From an uncultured Candidatus Binatia bacterium (lineage in GTDB: Bacteria; Desulfobacterota; Binatia; UBA9968; JAJDTQ01), in contig OZ243984.1 of the NCBI GenBank assembly GCA_965214905.1, positions 2,518,003-2,582,002 on the forward strand: a stretch of DNA of 64,000 nt. Reading direction: 5' to 3'. Made by a program: the position numbers and the translations under genes. Position 1 is the stretch's first letter, and each line of letters opens with the position of its first letter. The notes below the pieces were generated by a model. That model searched no databases and was not told the origin of the DNA. It saw only the letters and a list, made by a program, of their open reading frames with translations. Shown piece after piece: positions 1 through 8,291 of this stretch.

Positions 1-498
1 TTTGATCGGCTCCTTCTGGGTCAGCGACGCGATCAGGCTGATTCCCAGCAGCGCCATGAGGAAAAACTCCGGCGGCCCGAACGAGAACACCACGGAGCGC
101 ACCACCGGCAGGAGCAGCAGGAAGATCACGTAGCCGAACACCGACCCCAGAGCCGACGCCGTCGCGGAGATGGCCAACGCGTACCCGGCGCGTCCCTGCC
201 GCGCCAGCGGGTGGCCGTCGAACACCGTGGCGATGTTGGCCACGGTACCGGGAACATTGAGAAGGATGGCGGAGACGGACCCGCCGAAGGTGATGCCGCC
301 AATGGAGGCGGCGAAGACCATCATGGCCAGCGCCGGCTCCAGGGCCATGATGATGGGCAGGGACAGCGTCAGGATGACAATGCCGCCCAAGCCGGGGAGC
401 GCTCCGAAAAGCATGCTCACCGTGGTGCCGAACAGCACCACGAGGATGTTGGGAAACCCGAAAACGTTGACGAGCGCTACCCCGATGGCTTCAATCAC
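1..498 (-). CDS. tctA: tripartite tricarboxylate transporter permease TctA (5' part; gene continues beyond the window start)
   Basis: The minus-strand translation is hydrophobic and Gly-rich (VIEAIGVALVNVFGFPNILVVLFGTTVSMLFGALPGLGGIVILTL...), typical of a TctA N-terminus. It lies downstream of tctC on the same strand. The start is a GTG near 496, preceded by no obvious alternative. Confidence 0.6.
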   Translation of the reverse strand, partial: MIEAIGVALVNVFGFPNILVVLFGTTVSMLFGALPGLGGIVILTLSLPIIMALEPALAMMVFAASIGGITFGGSVSAILLNVPGTVANIATVFDGHPLARQGRAGYALAISATASALGSVFGYVIFLLLLPVVRSVVFSFGPPEFFLMALLGISLIASLTQKEPIK

Positions 499-533
499 GG
501 ATCGTCTCTTTTGGCGCGGCAGCCCGCATTTTC

Positions 534-633
534 ATGGAATACGCGGTCTTGGGCCGTGATGGAATACGCGGTCTTGGGCCGTGATGGAATACGCGGTCTT
601 GGGCCGTGATGGAATACGCGGGTCTCGGGCCGG
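534..633. repeat. tandem direct repeat, 25-bp unit x4 (atggaatacgcggtcttgggccgtg; 4th copy degenerate)
   Basis: Read directly from the sequence. There are three perfect copies, at 534-558, 559-583 and 584-608. A variant fourth copy occupies 609-633. The array lies in the tctC-tctA intergenic space. Confidence 0.9.
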
Positions 634-713
634 CCCGGACGCCCGCGGAACAAGGGGTCCGCGAGTCATCCGGGCCGAAGGGTACGGCGGGGGGCTCGAG
701 CCTGATTCAAAAC

Positions 714-1727
714 CTATTTCTTCTGCTGCGCCTTGTACAGAGCGATCAGGTTCGCGTAGTCCTTGATCAGGTTGTTCACGAGCATGGCCGTCTCCTTGCC
801 GGTGGCCGGCGAGTGGATGACCTGCGCCTTGCTCTCGATCTCCGCCTTGGACTCGGCGATGATCTGGTGCACGGCGTTGCTCAACACCTCCGCGACGGTC
901 TGCGGCATCTTGGGCGGCGCGGCCACGATGATGTACAGGATGCCGCCGGCCATGAGGTCCTTGCGTCCAAGGGCTTCGGCCGAAGGCACGTCGGGGAAGA
1001 ACGGATCCTTGTCCTTTTCCGAGGAGAGCTGCACCAGTCCGCGGACCTCGCCGGACTTGATGAAGGTGATCACGCCGCCGGTGGTCTTGATGGTGGTATC
1101 CACGTCGCCGCGGGCTACCGCCACCACCAGCGAACGCCCGCTCCTGTACCCGGTGACATCCTTCACCTGGATGCCCGTCTTGTCGATGATGTTGGCCAGC
1201 ACGAAGGAGCCGGCCGAGGCCGTGCCGGCGGAGGAGAACTTCAAGGGCTTTTTCTTTCCCGCTGCAATCAGGTGGTCCAGAGTGCCGATGGGGGAATCGC
1301 CTTTCACGAACAGGAAACGGGGAGCGGTAGTGATTTTCGCCAGGTAGGTGAATTTGGAAAGGTCGAAGCCGACATCCCGTATCGCCGATTGCGCCAGCCC
1401 GCCCGCCGGCAGCATGCTGCCGATGACGCTCCCGTCCGGCGGCGAGTCGAACAGCCTCTTCGTCCCCACGGTGCCGCCTGCCCCCGGCAGGCTCACCACC
1501 TTGACCTCCTTGACGCCGTTGCCTTCGAGCTTCTTCTGCAACTTCGGCGCCAGCAGCAGGGCCGAGGTCCCGGTGCCGCCCCCGAGTCCGAAGGGAACGA
1601 TCCAGGTGATCTTGCCCGGCAGTTTCTGGGCGACTGCGTTGGAGCCCGCGAGCAGACACAGAAGCATCGCCGCCGCGCCCGCGCCGGCCATCACAAAGGA
1701 CTTTCGCAAACTCGTTCTTCTCCGCAT
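714..1727 (-). CDS. tctC: tripartite tricarboxylate transporter substrate-binding protein (TctC/Bug family)
   Basis: The 337-aa ORF has an N-terminal signal peptide (MRRRTSLRKSFVMAGAGAAAMLLCLLAGSNAVA). Its body matches Bug/TctC periplasmic receptors, with motifs such as GGGTD-like GLGGGTGTS and a length of about 320 aa. Confidence 0.8.
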   Translation of the reverse strand: MRRRTSLRKSFVMAGAGAAAMLLCLLAGSNAVAQKLPGKITWIVPFGLGGGTGTSALLLAPKLQKKLEGNGVKEVKVVSLPGAGGTVGTKRLFDSPPDGSVIGSMLPAGGLAQSAIRDVGFDLSKFTYLAKITTAPRFLFVKGDSPIGTLDHLIAAGKKKPLKFSSAGTASAGSFVLANIIDKTGIQVKDVTGYRSGRSLVVAVARGDVDTTIKTTGGVITFIKSGEVRGLVQLSSEKDKDPFFPDVPSAEALGRKDLMAGGILYIIVAAPPKMPQTVAEVLSNAVHQIIAESKAEIESKAQVIHSPATGKETAMLVNNLIKDYANLIALYKAQQKK

Positions 1728-1889
1728 GGTTCACCTCCGTGGGAAACTTGCCAAACTCGAGTTACCGACCCCAGTGCTTTACGCGCGTTTCACGGACCTG
1801 TATCGCACACCCGCCGGGGTTATCACAGGAGCCCGGTCCATTGCAATTTCCATCCGGCTCCCCCTGGTCGCCTGTCGGACTTGGCAAGA

Positions 1890-1998
1890 ATCTACCGCGA
1901 GGCATGGAAATGGGTCCATTTTCAGTTGGATTTTCGTCAAATATTCCCGATATTTTCCTCACATCCGCCTGAAATGGCCTCCATTTCCATGCCTCGCG
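1890..1998. promoter_or_regulatory. 18-bp perfect inverted repeat (cgcgaggcatggaaatgg / ccatttccatgcctcgcg) flanking an AT-rich core; candidate operator/promoter region upstream of tctC
   Basis: The two arms sit at 1890-1907 and 1981-1998 and are exact reverse complements. The 73-bp spacer is conspicuously AT-rich for this genome. The feature lies in the 380-bp gap between the tctC start and the hyuB-like gene end. Confidence 0.5.
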
Positions 1999-2110
1999 CT
2001 ACGATTCGCCAAATCCGACGGACTCCTGGCGCGCCCGTCCCCACCGCTACGCCAAGCGCCCGTGTCGGCCGGTAGCGCGATGCGGGCACGGGCGGGTTTG
2101 AAACCCGCCC

Positions 2111-4360
2111 CTACATCGGGTGTCCGGGTTCTACGGCGTCGGCTGCCAGTCCCGAGCAGTCGAGCTGGATGTCCCAGAGGGGTCTCTGATCGTCCCGGTC
2201 CGGACAGAAGACGTCCACCTGCAGCAGCGTGGCGCATCCCGGGCAGACGTACCCCAGCAACACGCCGCGATAGGGGTCGCCCGAGGGCACGCGCTCGCCG
2301 GCCAATTCTTCCAGGTCCATGGCGATCTCGACCGCGGCGCGTTTGTAGTTGTCCTCGCCGTGGCCGAACCCGTGGGCGCACTTGCGGCATCGCACCATCA
2401 GGCGGCCGTCGACTCTGACGAGATCGAGGTAGGCGTGGAGGTGCAGCACGACCTCCCCGCCGGCCGGGCCGCCGGCGCTGCCGTCACCGGCGCCGTCGGC
2501 GGGGAGGGATCCCCGTGCCAAACGCTCCGCCCGAAGCTCCTTCCGGCGCTCGGCGGTGGCGGCATCGTCCACGACACCGGCGCCGTCGAGCCTCACGCCG
2601 TAGATCCGGTCGGCCACCTCGGCACTGGTCCGGCCCGTCCTGAGGTCGCGTTCCACCTGCGCGGGGCTCCGCTCCAGCGGGTCGCCGAACCCGCCGCCGC
2701 TCTGGGTGACGTCGGTGATGAATGCCAGCTCGGGGATCGGGACACGCGGCTGGAAGCCCTCGGGCAGGTCGATCCGGCACCAGTCGAGGCCCCGCAGTTC
2801 GTCGGCGCCCGTGGGATAGGCGCCCTCGCGCAGGCGCTGCAGCAGGCCGTCGGTGCGATAGACGGCCCGGTTGCCGCCGAAGCCCGCGGGATAGCCGCCG
2901 AACAGGCCGAACCCGTTGGGCACCGCGCCGTAGGGGCGGTAGTTGGCGGTCACGTCGGTGGAGCCGTAGACGAACAGCAGGCGCTCGCTGCCGTATCCGC
3001 CGCGGTGCCTGCCGAAGCCGGCGCCGTCCTTCACGTGCCTGCGGGAAAGGTAGAGGAACGGATACTGCATCTCGATGCGCTCGATGTCGGAGATGCCGCC
3101 GGACGGAATGTTCATGTGGCCGCCGGTGTCCACGCCGTCGCGGTCCGGCCTGGCGCCGAGGCCGCCGCCGTGCACGTCGTAGAGTCCCTGGGCGTTGGCC
3201 AGCCCCTCGCGGTTGTGGCCGCCGTACATGAAGCCCGGGCCGCCGGAGTACCAGGCGCCGGCCCAGCCCGCGTTGACGTCCTCCCTGCGCCCGGCCGCGT
3301 AGAGCATCTTGGCCAGGCATTCGCTGACCGCGGCCACGAACATCCCGCCGATCATGGGCGCCAGGCCGCAGGCTGCGGGGAAGGTGCAGTTCAGCACCGA
3401 ACCCTCGGGCACCGTCATGCGGATGGGCGCCAGCTTTCCGTCGTTCCAGGGGATGTCCCAGAAGAGCTGGTTGGTCAGCGCGATGTTGAGGTGCGCCACC
3501 GTGCTCGGCAGGGTCGAGTTGGTGTCTCCGGAGGTCTGGGGGCTGGTGCCGTCGAGGTCGATGTCCAGGGTGCCGCCCTTCTTGGTGACCGCGCAGACCA
3601 CCGCGATGATGTCGGCGTCGGACTGATCGGCCTCGCGCGCGGAATAGTAGACCCGCGAGCGCCAGACGCCGTCGGGCAGCGACCGCAGCTTGGCGCGGGC
3701 CATCTCCTCGGCGTCCGCCAGCGTCTTCCGGCCCGCCGCCTCGATGAACTCCAGGCCGAACTTGTCCACCAGGCTGAGGTAGCGGGCGGCGCACACGTTG
3801 TTGCCGGCGATCATCGCCTTGATGTCCAGCCCCACGTACCGGGGGTCGCGGCACTGCTCGGTGAGGGTCCGGAACACGTCCTCGCGGAACTCGCCCCGCT
3901 CCACCACCTTGACGCCCAGGATGCGGATGCCCTCGTGGAAGATCTCCTGGGCCGCGCCTCGCAGCACCCCGCCGGTGTCGGCGGTGTGGGTGCTGGTGGC
4001 GATCCAGGCGATCAGACGCTGGTCGAGGAAGATGGGCTTGACCACCATCATGTCGTAGGTGTGGGACCCGGCCACGTAGGGGTCGTTGAAGAAGAGCTGG
4101 TCGCCGTCGTGGAAGCCCGGGGAGGACTCGAACCACTCGATCATCTGCTTGATGGCGTCCGAGGTGGCCGCGGCGAAACGCAGGTGGCCGGAACAGGCCA
4201 GCACCATGGCGCCGGCCGCGTCATAGAACGAGCTCATGACCTCGCCGCCCTGAGCCACGATGGGCGAGGCGGTGACGCGCTGGAGGGTGGAGCGCCCCTC
4301 CTCGCCCACCGCCCACAGGCGATGGAGAAACATCTCGTAGCGGATCGGATCGACGTCCAT
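2111..4360 (-). CDS. hydantoinase B/5-oxoprolinase (HyuB) family protein with C-terminal Cys-rich zinc-ribbon extension (acetone-carboxylase-gamma-like)
   Basis: The 749-aa ORF has a HyuB-type body (…DPYVAGSHTYDMMVVKPIF…). Its C-terminal roughly 120 aa carry CRKCAHGFG…CPGCATLLQVDVFCP cysteine pairs. No HyuA-like partner is adjacent. Confidence 0.75.
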   Translation of the reverse strand: MDVDPIRYEMFLHRLWAVGEEGRSTLQRVTASPIVAQGGEVMSSFYDAAGAMVLACSGHLRFAAATSDAIKQMIEWFESSPGFHDGDQLFFNDPYVAGSHTYDMMVVKPIFLDQRLIAWIATSTHTADTGGVLRGAAQEIFHEGIRILGVKVVERGEFREDVFRTLTEQCRDPRYVGLDIKAMIAGNNVCAARYLSLVDKFGLEFIEAAGRKTLADAEEMARAKLRSLPDGVWRSRVYYSAREADQSDADIIAVVCAVTKKGGTLDIDLDGTSPQTSGDTNSTLPSTVAHLNIALTNQLFWDIPWNDGKLAPIRMTVPEGSVLNCTFPAACGLAPMIGGMFVAAVSECLAKMLYAAGRREDVNAGWAGAWYSGGPGFMYGGHNREGLANAQGLYDVHGGGLGARPDRDGVDTGGHMNIPSGGISDIERIEMQYPFLYLSRRHVKDGAGFGRHRGGYGSERLLFVYGSTDVTANYRPYGAVPNGFGLFGGYPAGFGGNRAVYRTDGLLQRLREGAYPTGADELRGLDWCRIDLPEGFQPRVPIPELAFITDVTQSGGGFGDPLERSPAQVERDLRTGRTSAEVADRIYGVRLDGAGVVDDAATAERRKELRAERLARGSLPADGAGDGSAGGPAGGEVVLHLHAYLDLVRVDGRLMVRCRKCAHGFGHGEDNYKRAAVEIAMDLEELAGERVPSGDPYRGVLLGYVCPGCATLLQVDVFCPDRDDQRPLWDIQLDCSGLAADAVEPGHPM

Positions 4361-4418
4361 GGTGAACCTCCGGTTGGTCAGCCGGGCCTTTGGCGTGGAG
4401 AAGGTTGTTCGGGGCGCT

Positions 4419-4470
4419 CCTCACTCGCCCTTCGGGCGCCCTCTCCCGGAGAGAGGGGTGGTGGCGCGCG
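4419..4470. repeat. dispersed REP-like palindromic element, copy A (cctcactcgcccttcgggcgccctctcccggagagagggg)
   Basis: It has the same prefix (cctcac…) and the same palindromic core (ccctctccc-N3/4-gggagaggg) as the copies at 5691, 8207, 13381 and 38740. It is intergenic. Confidence 0.7.
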
Positions 4471-4515
4471 CCGCGCCGCTTCCGCGAAAGAAGGCTCCCG
4501 CGACGCGGACCTTGC

Positions 4516-4803
4516 TCAGAGGGTCTCGGCGACGTAGTAGTCGCCGATGCCGGGCTTGGTCTGCCAGGGGTCGATGGTCTGGCGGAACTTCGTGTGCGGC
4601 GGCGTGCCGCGCCAGCGTTCGTGGTGCTCGCGGGTTTCCCAGTTGAGCAGAACCATGACCGCGGCGGGGTCCTCATCGCTGCACAGGATGAGGCCGCCGT
4701 GGCATCCAGCCTCCTTGCTGGACTGGATGGCTTCCTTGTAGGCCCTTACGTACTCGCTTCGCCGCTCCGGATCCACCGTCTGGAACCGCACTTCATAGAT
4801 CAT
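4516..4803 (-). CDS. antibiotic biosynthesis monooxygenase (ABM) domain protein
   Basis: The roughly 95-aa product (MIYEVRFQTVDPERRSEYVRAYKEAIQSSKEAGCHGGLILCSDEDP…) has ABM/ferredoxin-like fold signatures. An AGGAGG ribosome-binding site precedes the ATG at 4803. Confidence 0.6.
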   Translation of the reverse strand: MIYEVRFQTVDPERRSEYVRAYKEAIQSSKEAGCHGGLILCSDEDPAAVMVLLNWETREHHERWRGTPPHTKFRQTIDPWQTKPGIGDYYVAETL

Positions 4804-4918
4804 GGCATTGCCTCCTTTGTCCTTGGCGGTCCCGCAGGATTCCGCGCGTTGACTTTTCGCCGCCGTGCAATGATATAAGGACAAGGACCGTTTGTCTTGC
4901 GGAAAGGAGCCCTTTTCC

Positions 4919-5617
4919 ATGCGTATCGTCGATCTCAGCATGACCGTAGATGAGTGCGATTCGGCTCCCTTTGCTCCCGACGAGACCTACTTCAAGGTGA
5001 AACCCATCATCGACTGGGAAGACAAAGGGTTCGTCTCGAACCTCGTGGAGATGACCGTTCACGTCGGCACCCACATCGATTCGCCGCATCATTTCTTCCG
5101 TGACAAGCCGTCGGTGGAGCAGCTTCCGCTGGAGCCGTTGATGGGCACGGCGGTGGTTCTGGACCTTTCGTTCCGATGCCAGCCCGGAGCCCGCATCACG
5201 CCGGAGGATCTGGAGCGGGCGGAGGCGGCGCTGGCGGAGCAGGGGGTGAAGATCGAGCCCGAGGGCATCCTTCTGCTCCGCACCGACTGGCCCAAGGGGC
5301 ATCAGACCACCGATCCGTCCTGGTGGAACGACTCGCCGTTCCTGTCCCGGGAGGCGGCCCAGTGGGTCGTGGACAAGCAGCCCGCGGTGATCGGCTACGA
5401 CTTCGCCCAGGAAGAGAAGGGCGCGGACTACCAGCACGCCGACGAGATCCTCGACAGCGGCATGACGGTCCACCGCACCATCCTGCCCGCGGTCACCTGC
5501 CAGATCGAGAATCTCATCAACCTGGACCTGATCGGCGCCACCGCGAAGATCATTGCGTTGCCCGTCAAGTGGAAGACCGAATCCGCCCCGGCCCGGGTGG
5601 TGGCGTTGCTGGACTGA
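4919..5617 (+). CDS. cyclase family protein (kynurenine formamidase-like)
   Basis: The product begins MRIVDLSMTV and contains the HVGTHIDSPHHF metal-binding motif typical of the cyclase/arylformamidase family. Confidence 0.7.
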   Translation: MRIVDLSMTVDECDSAPFAPDETYFKVKPIIDWEDKGFVSNLVEMTVHVGTHIDSPHHFFRDKPSVEQLPLEPLMGTAVVLDLSFRCQPGARITPEDLERAEAALAEQGVKIEPEGILLLRTDWPKGHQTTDPSWWNDSPFLSREAAQWVVDKQPAVIGYDFAQEEKGADYQHADEILDSGMTVHRTILPAVTCQIENLINLDLIGATAKIIALPVKWKTESAPARVVALLD

Positions 5618-5690
5618 TGCCGGATCATCGTCGCAGCATTGCTTTGCCGAAGGCGCCGCCGGGCCCCCGGCACCGAGGGATTGATCCGTG

Positions 5691-5733
5691 GCGCCCTCAC
5701 CCCGACCCTCTCCCAGAGGGAGAGGGGGTCACG
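5691..5733. repeat. dispersed REP-like palindromic element, copy B (gcgccctcaccccgaccctctcccagagggagagggggtcacg)
   Basis: The core ccctctccc aga gggagaggg is a perfect palindrome. It is intergenic between the cyclase and qor-like genes. Confidence 0.8.
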
Positions 5734-5789
5734 TTCGCACAGGCTGCTGGGGTCTCGAAGCACGGCCGGCGGTTCGGGGTCTCCGCCCC

Positions 5790-6806
5790 ATGGTCGCCGG
5801 CGCGGAGCCGTCCGAGTTGAAGGCCGTCCGGGTGCACGAACCGGGCGGCCCCGAGGTGCTCCACTACGAAGAGGTGGAGGCGCCCGAGCCTGGGGCGGAT
5901 GAGGCGTTGGTGGAGGTCGCGGCCGCGGGGGTCAACTACCTGGACATCTACTACCGCTCGGGTTTCCACTGGGGCGGACACCACCGGCGGGCGCTCCCCT
6001 ATATCCCCGGCGCCGAGGGCGCGGGCACCGTGCTGGCGGTGGGGCGCGGGGTCTCCGAGTTCCGGGTCGGCGACCGGGTCGCGTACGGTATTTCCAACGG
6101 CCAGGGTTCCTACGCTGATTTGGCCGCGGTGCCCGAGCGGCACTTGGTGCGGCTGCCGGGCGCCGTGGATTTTCAGTCCGCGGCCGCGGCCATGCTCCAG
6201 GGCATGACCGCCCACTACCTCACCCGCGACACCTACCCCGTCGGACCCGAAGACACCGTGCTCGTGCACGCCGCCGCCGGCGGCACCGGACTGCTGCTGG
6301 TCCGGATGGCGAAGATGCGCGGCGCCCGGGTGTTCGGCACGGTATCGACGCCGGAGAAGGCGCGCATCGCCGAGGAGGCCGGCGCCGATGCGCTCATCGA
6401 CTACGCTCACGCGGACTTCGCCGCCGAGGCGCGCCGGCTCACCGGCGGCCGCGGCGTCAACGTCGTCTACGATTCGGTGGGAAAGAGCACTTTCGATCAG
6501 AGCCTGGACGCATTGGCGCCGCGCGGCTGCATGGTGCTCTTCGGCCAGTCCAGCGGCGCCGTACCGCCCTTCGACACCGCGGTGCTGAATGCCAAGGGTT
6601 CGCTTGCCCTCAGCCGCCCGAGCCTGACACACCACACCACTCACCGGGCCGAGATCCTGGCCCGGGCCGGAGACGTGCTGCAATGGATCGAGGCGGGAAA
6701 GCTCGCCATCCGCATCGGCGTCACGCTTCCGCTGTCCCAGGCCGCCGAGGCCCATCGGCTGCTGGCAGCCCGAAGGACCGCCGGCAAGATCCTGCTGATC
6801 CCGTAG
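5790..6806 (+). CDS. NADPH:quinone oxidoreductase / zinc-binding alcohol dehydrogenase (MDR) family
   Basis: The product reads …KAVRVHEPGGPEVLHYEEVEAPEPGADEALVEVAAAGVNYLDIYYRSG… and carries the AAGGTG Rossmann motif, as in Qor-like enzymes. The start is uncertain; ATG 5790 is the first in-frame Met. Confidence 0.75.
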   Translation: MVAGAEPSELKAVRVHEPGGPEVLHYEEVEAPEPGADEALVEVAAAGVNYLDIYYRSGFHWGGHHRRALPYIPGAEGAGTVLAVGRGVSEFRVGDRVAYGISNGQGSYADLAAVPERHLVRLPGAVDFQSAAAAMLQGMTAHYLTRDTYPVGPEDTVLVHAAAGGTGLLLVRMAKMRGARVFGTVSTPEKARIAEEAGADALIDYAHADFAAEARRLTGGRGVNVVYDSVGKSTFDQSLDALAPRGCMVLFGQSSGAVPPFDTAVLNAKGSLALSRPSLTHHTTHRAEILARAGDVLQWIEAGKLAIRIGVTLPLSQAAEAHRLLAARRTAGKILLIP

Positions 6807-6825
6807 CCGCTACATCGCCGCATTC

Positions 6826-6875
6826 CAAAAAATCGGCTTGGCGCTAAAGAACGGACGCGAGCAGCCGATTTCTAT
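6826..6875 (+). terminator. possible intrinsic terminator/hairpin after the qor-like gene
   Basis: The arms aatcggct … agccgatt form an inverted repeat, followed by a T-rich tract (tttctattctc). The loop is long, so confidence is low. Confidence 0.3.
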
Positions 6876-6962
6876 TCTCATGCTTGTTGACATTTCCGCC
6901 GTCTCCTGGTGTTGTATTTTCAACTCGGCGCCGCGCCGAGGATCGCTTTACAGGATGGGCCG

Positions 6963-7226
6963 ATGAGCCTGATCGTTTCAGAAGTCTACGATGCGCTGAT
7001 CGAAGCCGGAACTTCCGAGGAAAAGGCAAAGGCCGCGGCCGGCGCGATCCCCCTTGCCGACCGCTTGGCCACCAGGGAGGACATCGCCAGGCTGGATAAG
7101 GACATCGCCAAGCTGGATAAGAGCATCGCCAAGCTGGATAAGAGCATTGCGCTTCTCAATCTGGCGGTCTTCAGCTTCAGCCCGGCCATGCTGGCCTTAT
7201 TGGTCAAGCTGGCTTTCTTCCCGTAG
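6963..7226 (+). CDS. DUF1640-family coiled-coil protein with C-terminal transmembrane helix
   Basis: The product reads MSLIVSEVYDALIEAGTSEEKAKAAAGAIPLADRLATREDIARLDKDIAKLDKSIAKLDKSIALLNLAVFSFSPAMLALLVKLAFF. It contains an internal 21-nt triplicated repeat, catcgccaagctggataagag, at 7081-7143. Confidence 0.55.
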   Translation: MSLIVSEVYDALIEAGTSEEKAKAAAGAIPLADRLATREDIARLDKDIAKLDKSIAKLDKSIALLNLAVFSFSPAMLALLVKLAFFP

Positions 7227-7268
7227 CCGCGCATCGCCCTCTGCGTCTACATCGTCGGGGTGCCTGGG

Positions 7269-8090
7269 TCAGACTCTCATGAGGTCCCGTGCCACGACGA
7301 CCTCTCCCGAATAGTGGGCCGCGACCTCCGCCTTGAGCCGCTCCTCCTCCTTCTCCGACCAGAGGTGGGTGAGCACGAGCTTCCCGGCGTTGGCCTCCGC
7401 GGCGATCCTGCCCACCTGATACGGCTTGGTATGGCGCACGCGGTTGGCCCACTCGGGATGGATGAACTCCGGGTGCCGGCCGGCCGGCGCGCCCGTCTGC
7501 TCCAGCTCCGGCGAGAAGAGCACCTCGTGGATGAGGAGATCGCAATCCCTGGCCAGCCCCACCAGGGCCGGGCACGGCCGGGTGTCGCCGGAGAAGACGA
7601 TGGACCGGTCCCGAGTGTCCACACGGAAGCCGAGGCTGTCGGGTATGTGCACCACGCGGACCGCGTCGAGCTTCCATGTCGGCGTCTCCCACACCGGACC
7701 CTCGTCGATCTCCCGGGTGGAGACCTCGAATCGGGAGTTGGTGCCGGTGGCCCGGCGGCCCTGGATATCGATCTTGAATGCCTCCAGGAGCGCTTCCACG
7801 AAAGCGGTGGTCCCCGCCGGCCCGAACACCTCGACGCCGGTGCTGCGCCCCACCATCCAACTCCCCAGCAAGAGGTCCGGAAGCCCGATGATGTGGTCGT
7901 AGTGAAGATGGCTGAGAAACACCTGCTCCACTTGCGCCGGGTCGATGCCCGCGCGCACGAGCTGCGTAAGCGCCCCCCGGCCGCAGTCGAGCAGGATGGG
8001 CTTCTCGTCGATGATGACGGCGATACAGGAGCCCTGCCGGTTCGGGTTGGGCTCCGGGACTCCTGTCCCGATCATGATGACCTCGGTCAT
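7269..8090 (-). CDS. MBL-fold metallo-hydrolase (RNase Z/beta-lactamase superfamily)
   Basis: The HLHYDH (HxHxDH) motif is present, as are downstream His/Asp ligands. The product is 273 aa. Confidence 0.8.
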   Translation of the reverse strand: MTEVIMIGTGVPEPNPNRQGSCIAVIIDEKPILLDCGRGALTQLVRAGIDPAQVEQVFLSHLHYDHIIGLPDLLLGSWMVGRSTGVEVFGPAGTTAFVEALLEAFKIDIQGRRATGTNSRFEVSTREIDEGPVWETPTWKLDAVRVVHIPDSLGFRVDTRDRSIVFSGDTRPCPALVGLARDCDLLIHEVLFSPELEQTGAPAGRHPEFIHPEWANRVRHTKPYQVGRIAAEANAGKLVLTHLWSEKEEERLKAEVAAHYSGEVVVARDLMRV

Positions 8091-8206
8091 GACGGATCCT
8101 CCCTCAGCTTGAATTCAGTGCACGTTCCCTCGCCCCAGGCCTCTTTTTGTCGCGATCGAGTGTGGACGACCACGTCGCCCCTTGCCGGACAAAAACCGAC
8201 CCTGTC

Positions 8207-8278
8207 CCTCACCTGGACCCCTCTCCCGGAGGGAAAGGGGCTCTGCCCTGGCTCCGTCGCTTTCCGGGAGAGGGCCGG
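8207..8278. repeat. dispersed REP-like palindromic element, copy C (degenerate, duplicated core)
   Basis: The sequence reads ccctcacctggacccctctcccggagggaaagggg…ctttccgggagaggg. It is intergenic between the MBL hydrolase and the TRAP permease. Confidence 0.6.
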
Positions 8279-8291
8279 ACGAGGGCAACCG

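Noticed and set aside
2120-4537. 805-aa plus-strand ORF antisense to the hydantoinase-B gene. Similar long antisense ORFs occur at 606-2075 (+), 13389-15581 (-), 8292-10277 region (+), 38654-40879 (+), 53331-55238 (-) and 62370-63974 (-).
   Set aside because: These are typical high-G+C antisense ORF artefacts. The translations are low-complexity Arg/Gly/Ala/Pro-rich, and the opposite strand carries a convincing family-assignable gene.
6886-6925. TTGACA … TATTTT promoter-like hexamers upstream of the DUF1640 gene.
   Set aside because: Spacing does not fit 17±1 bp cleanly, and sigma-70 consensus is a weak guide in high-G+C taxa.
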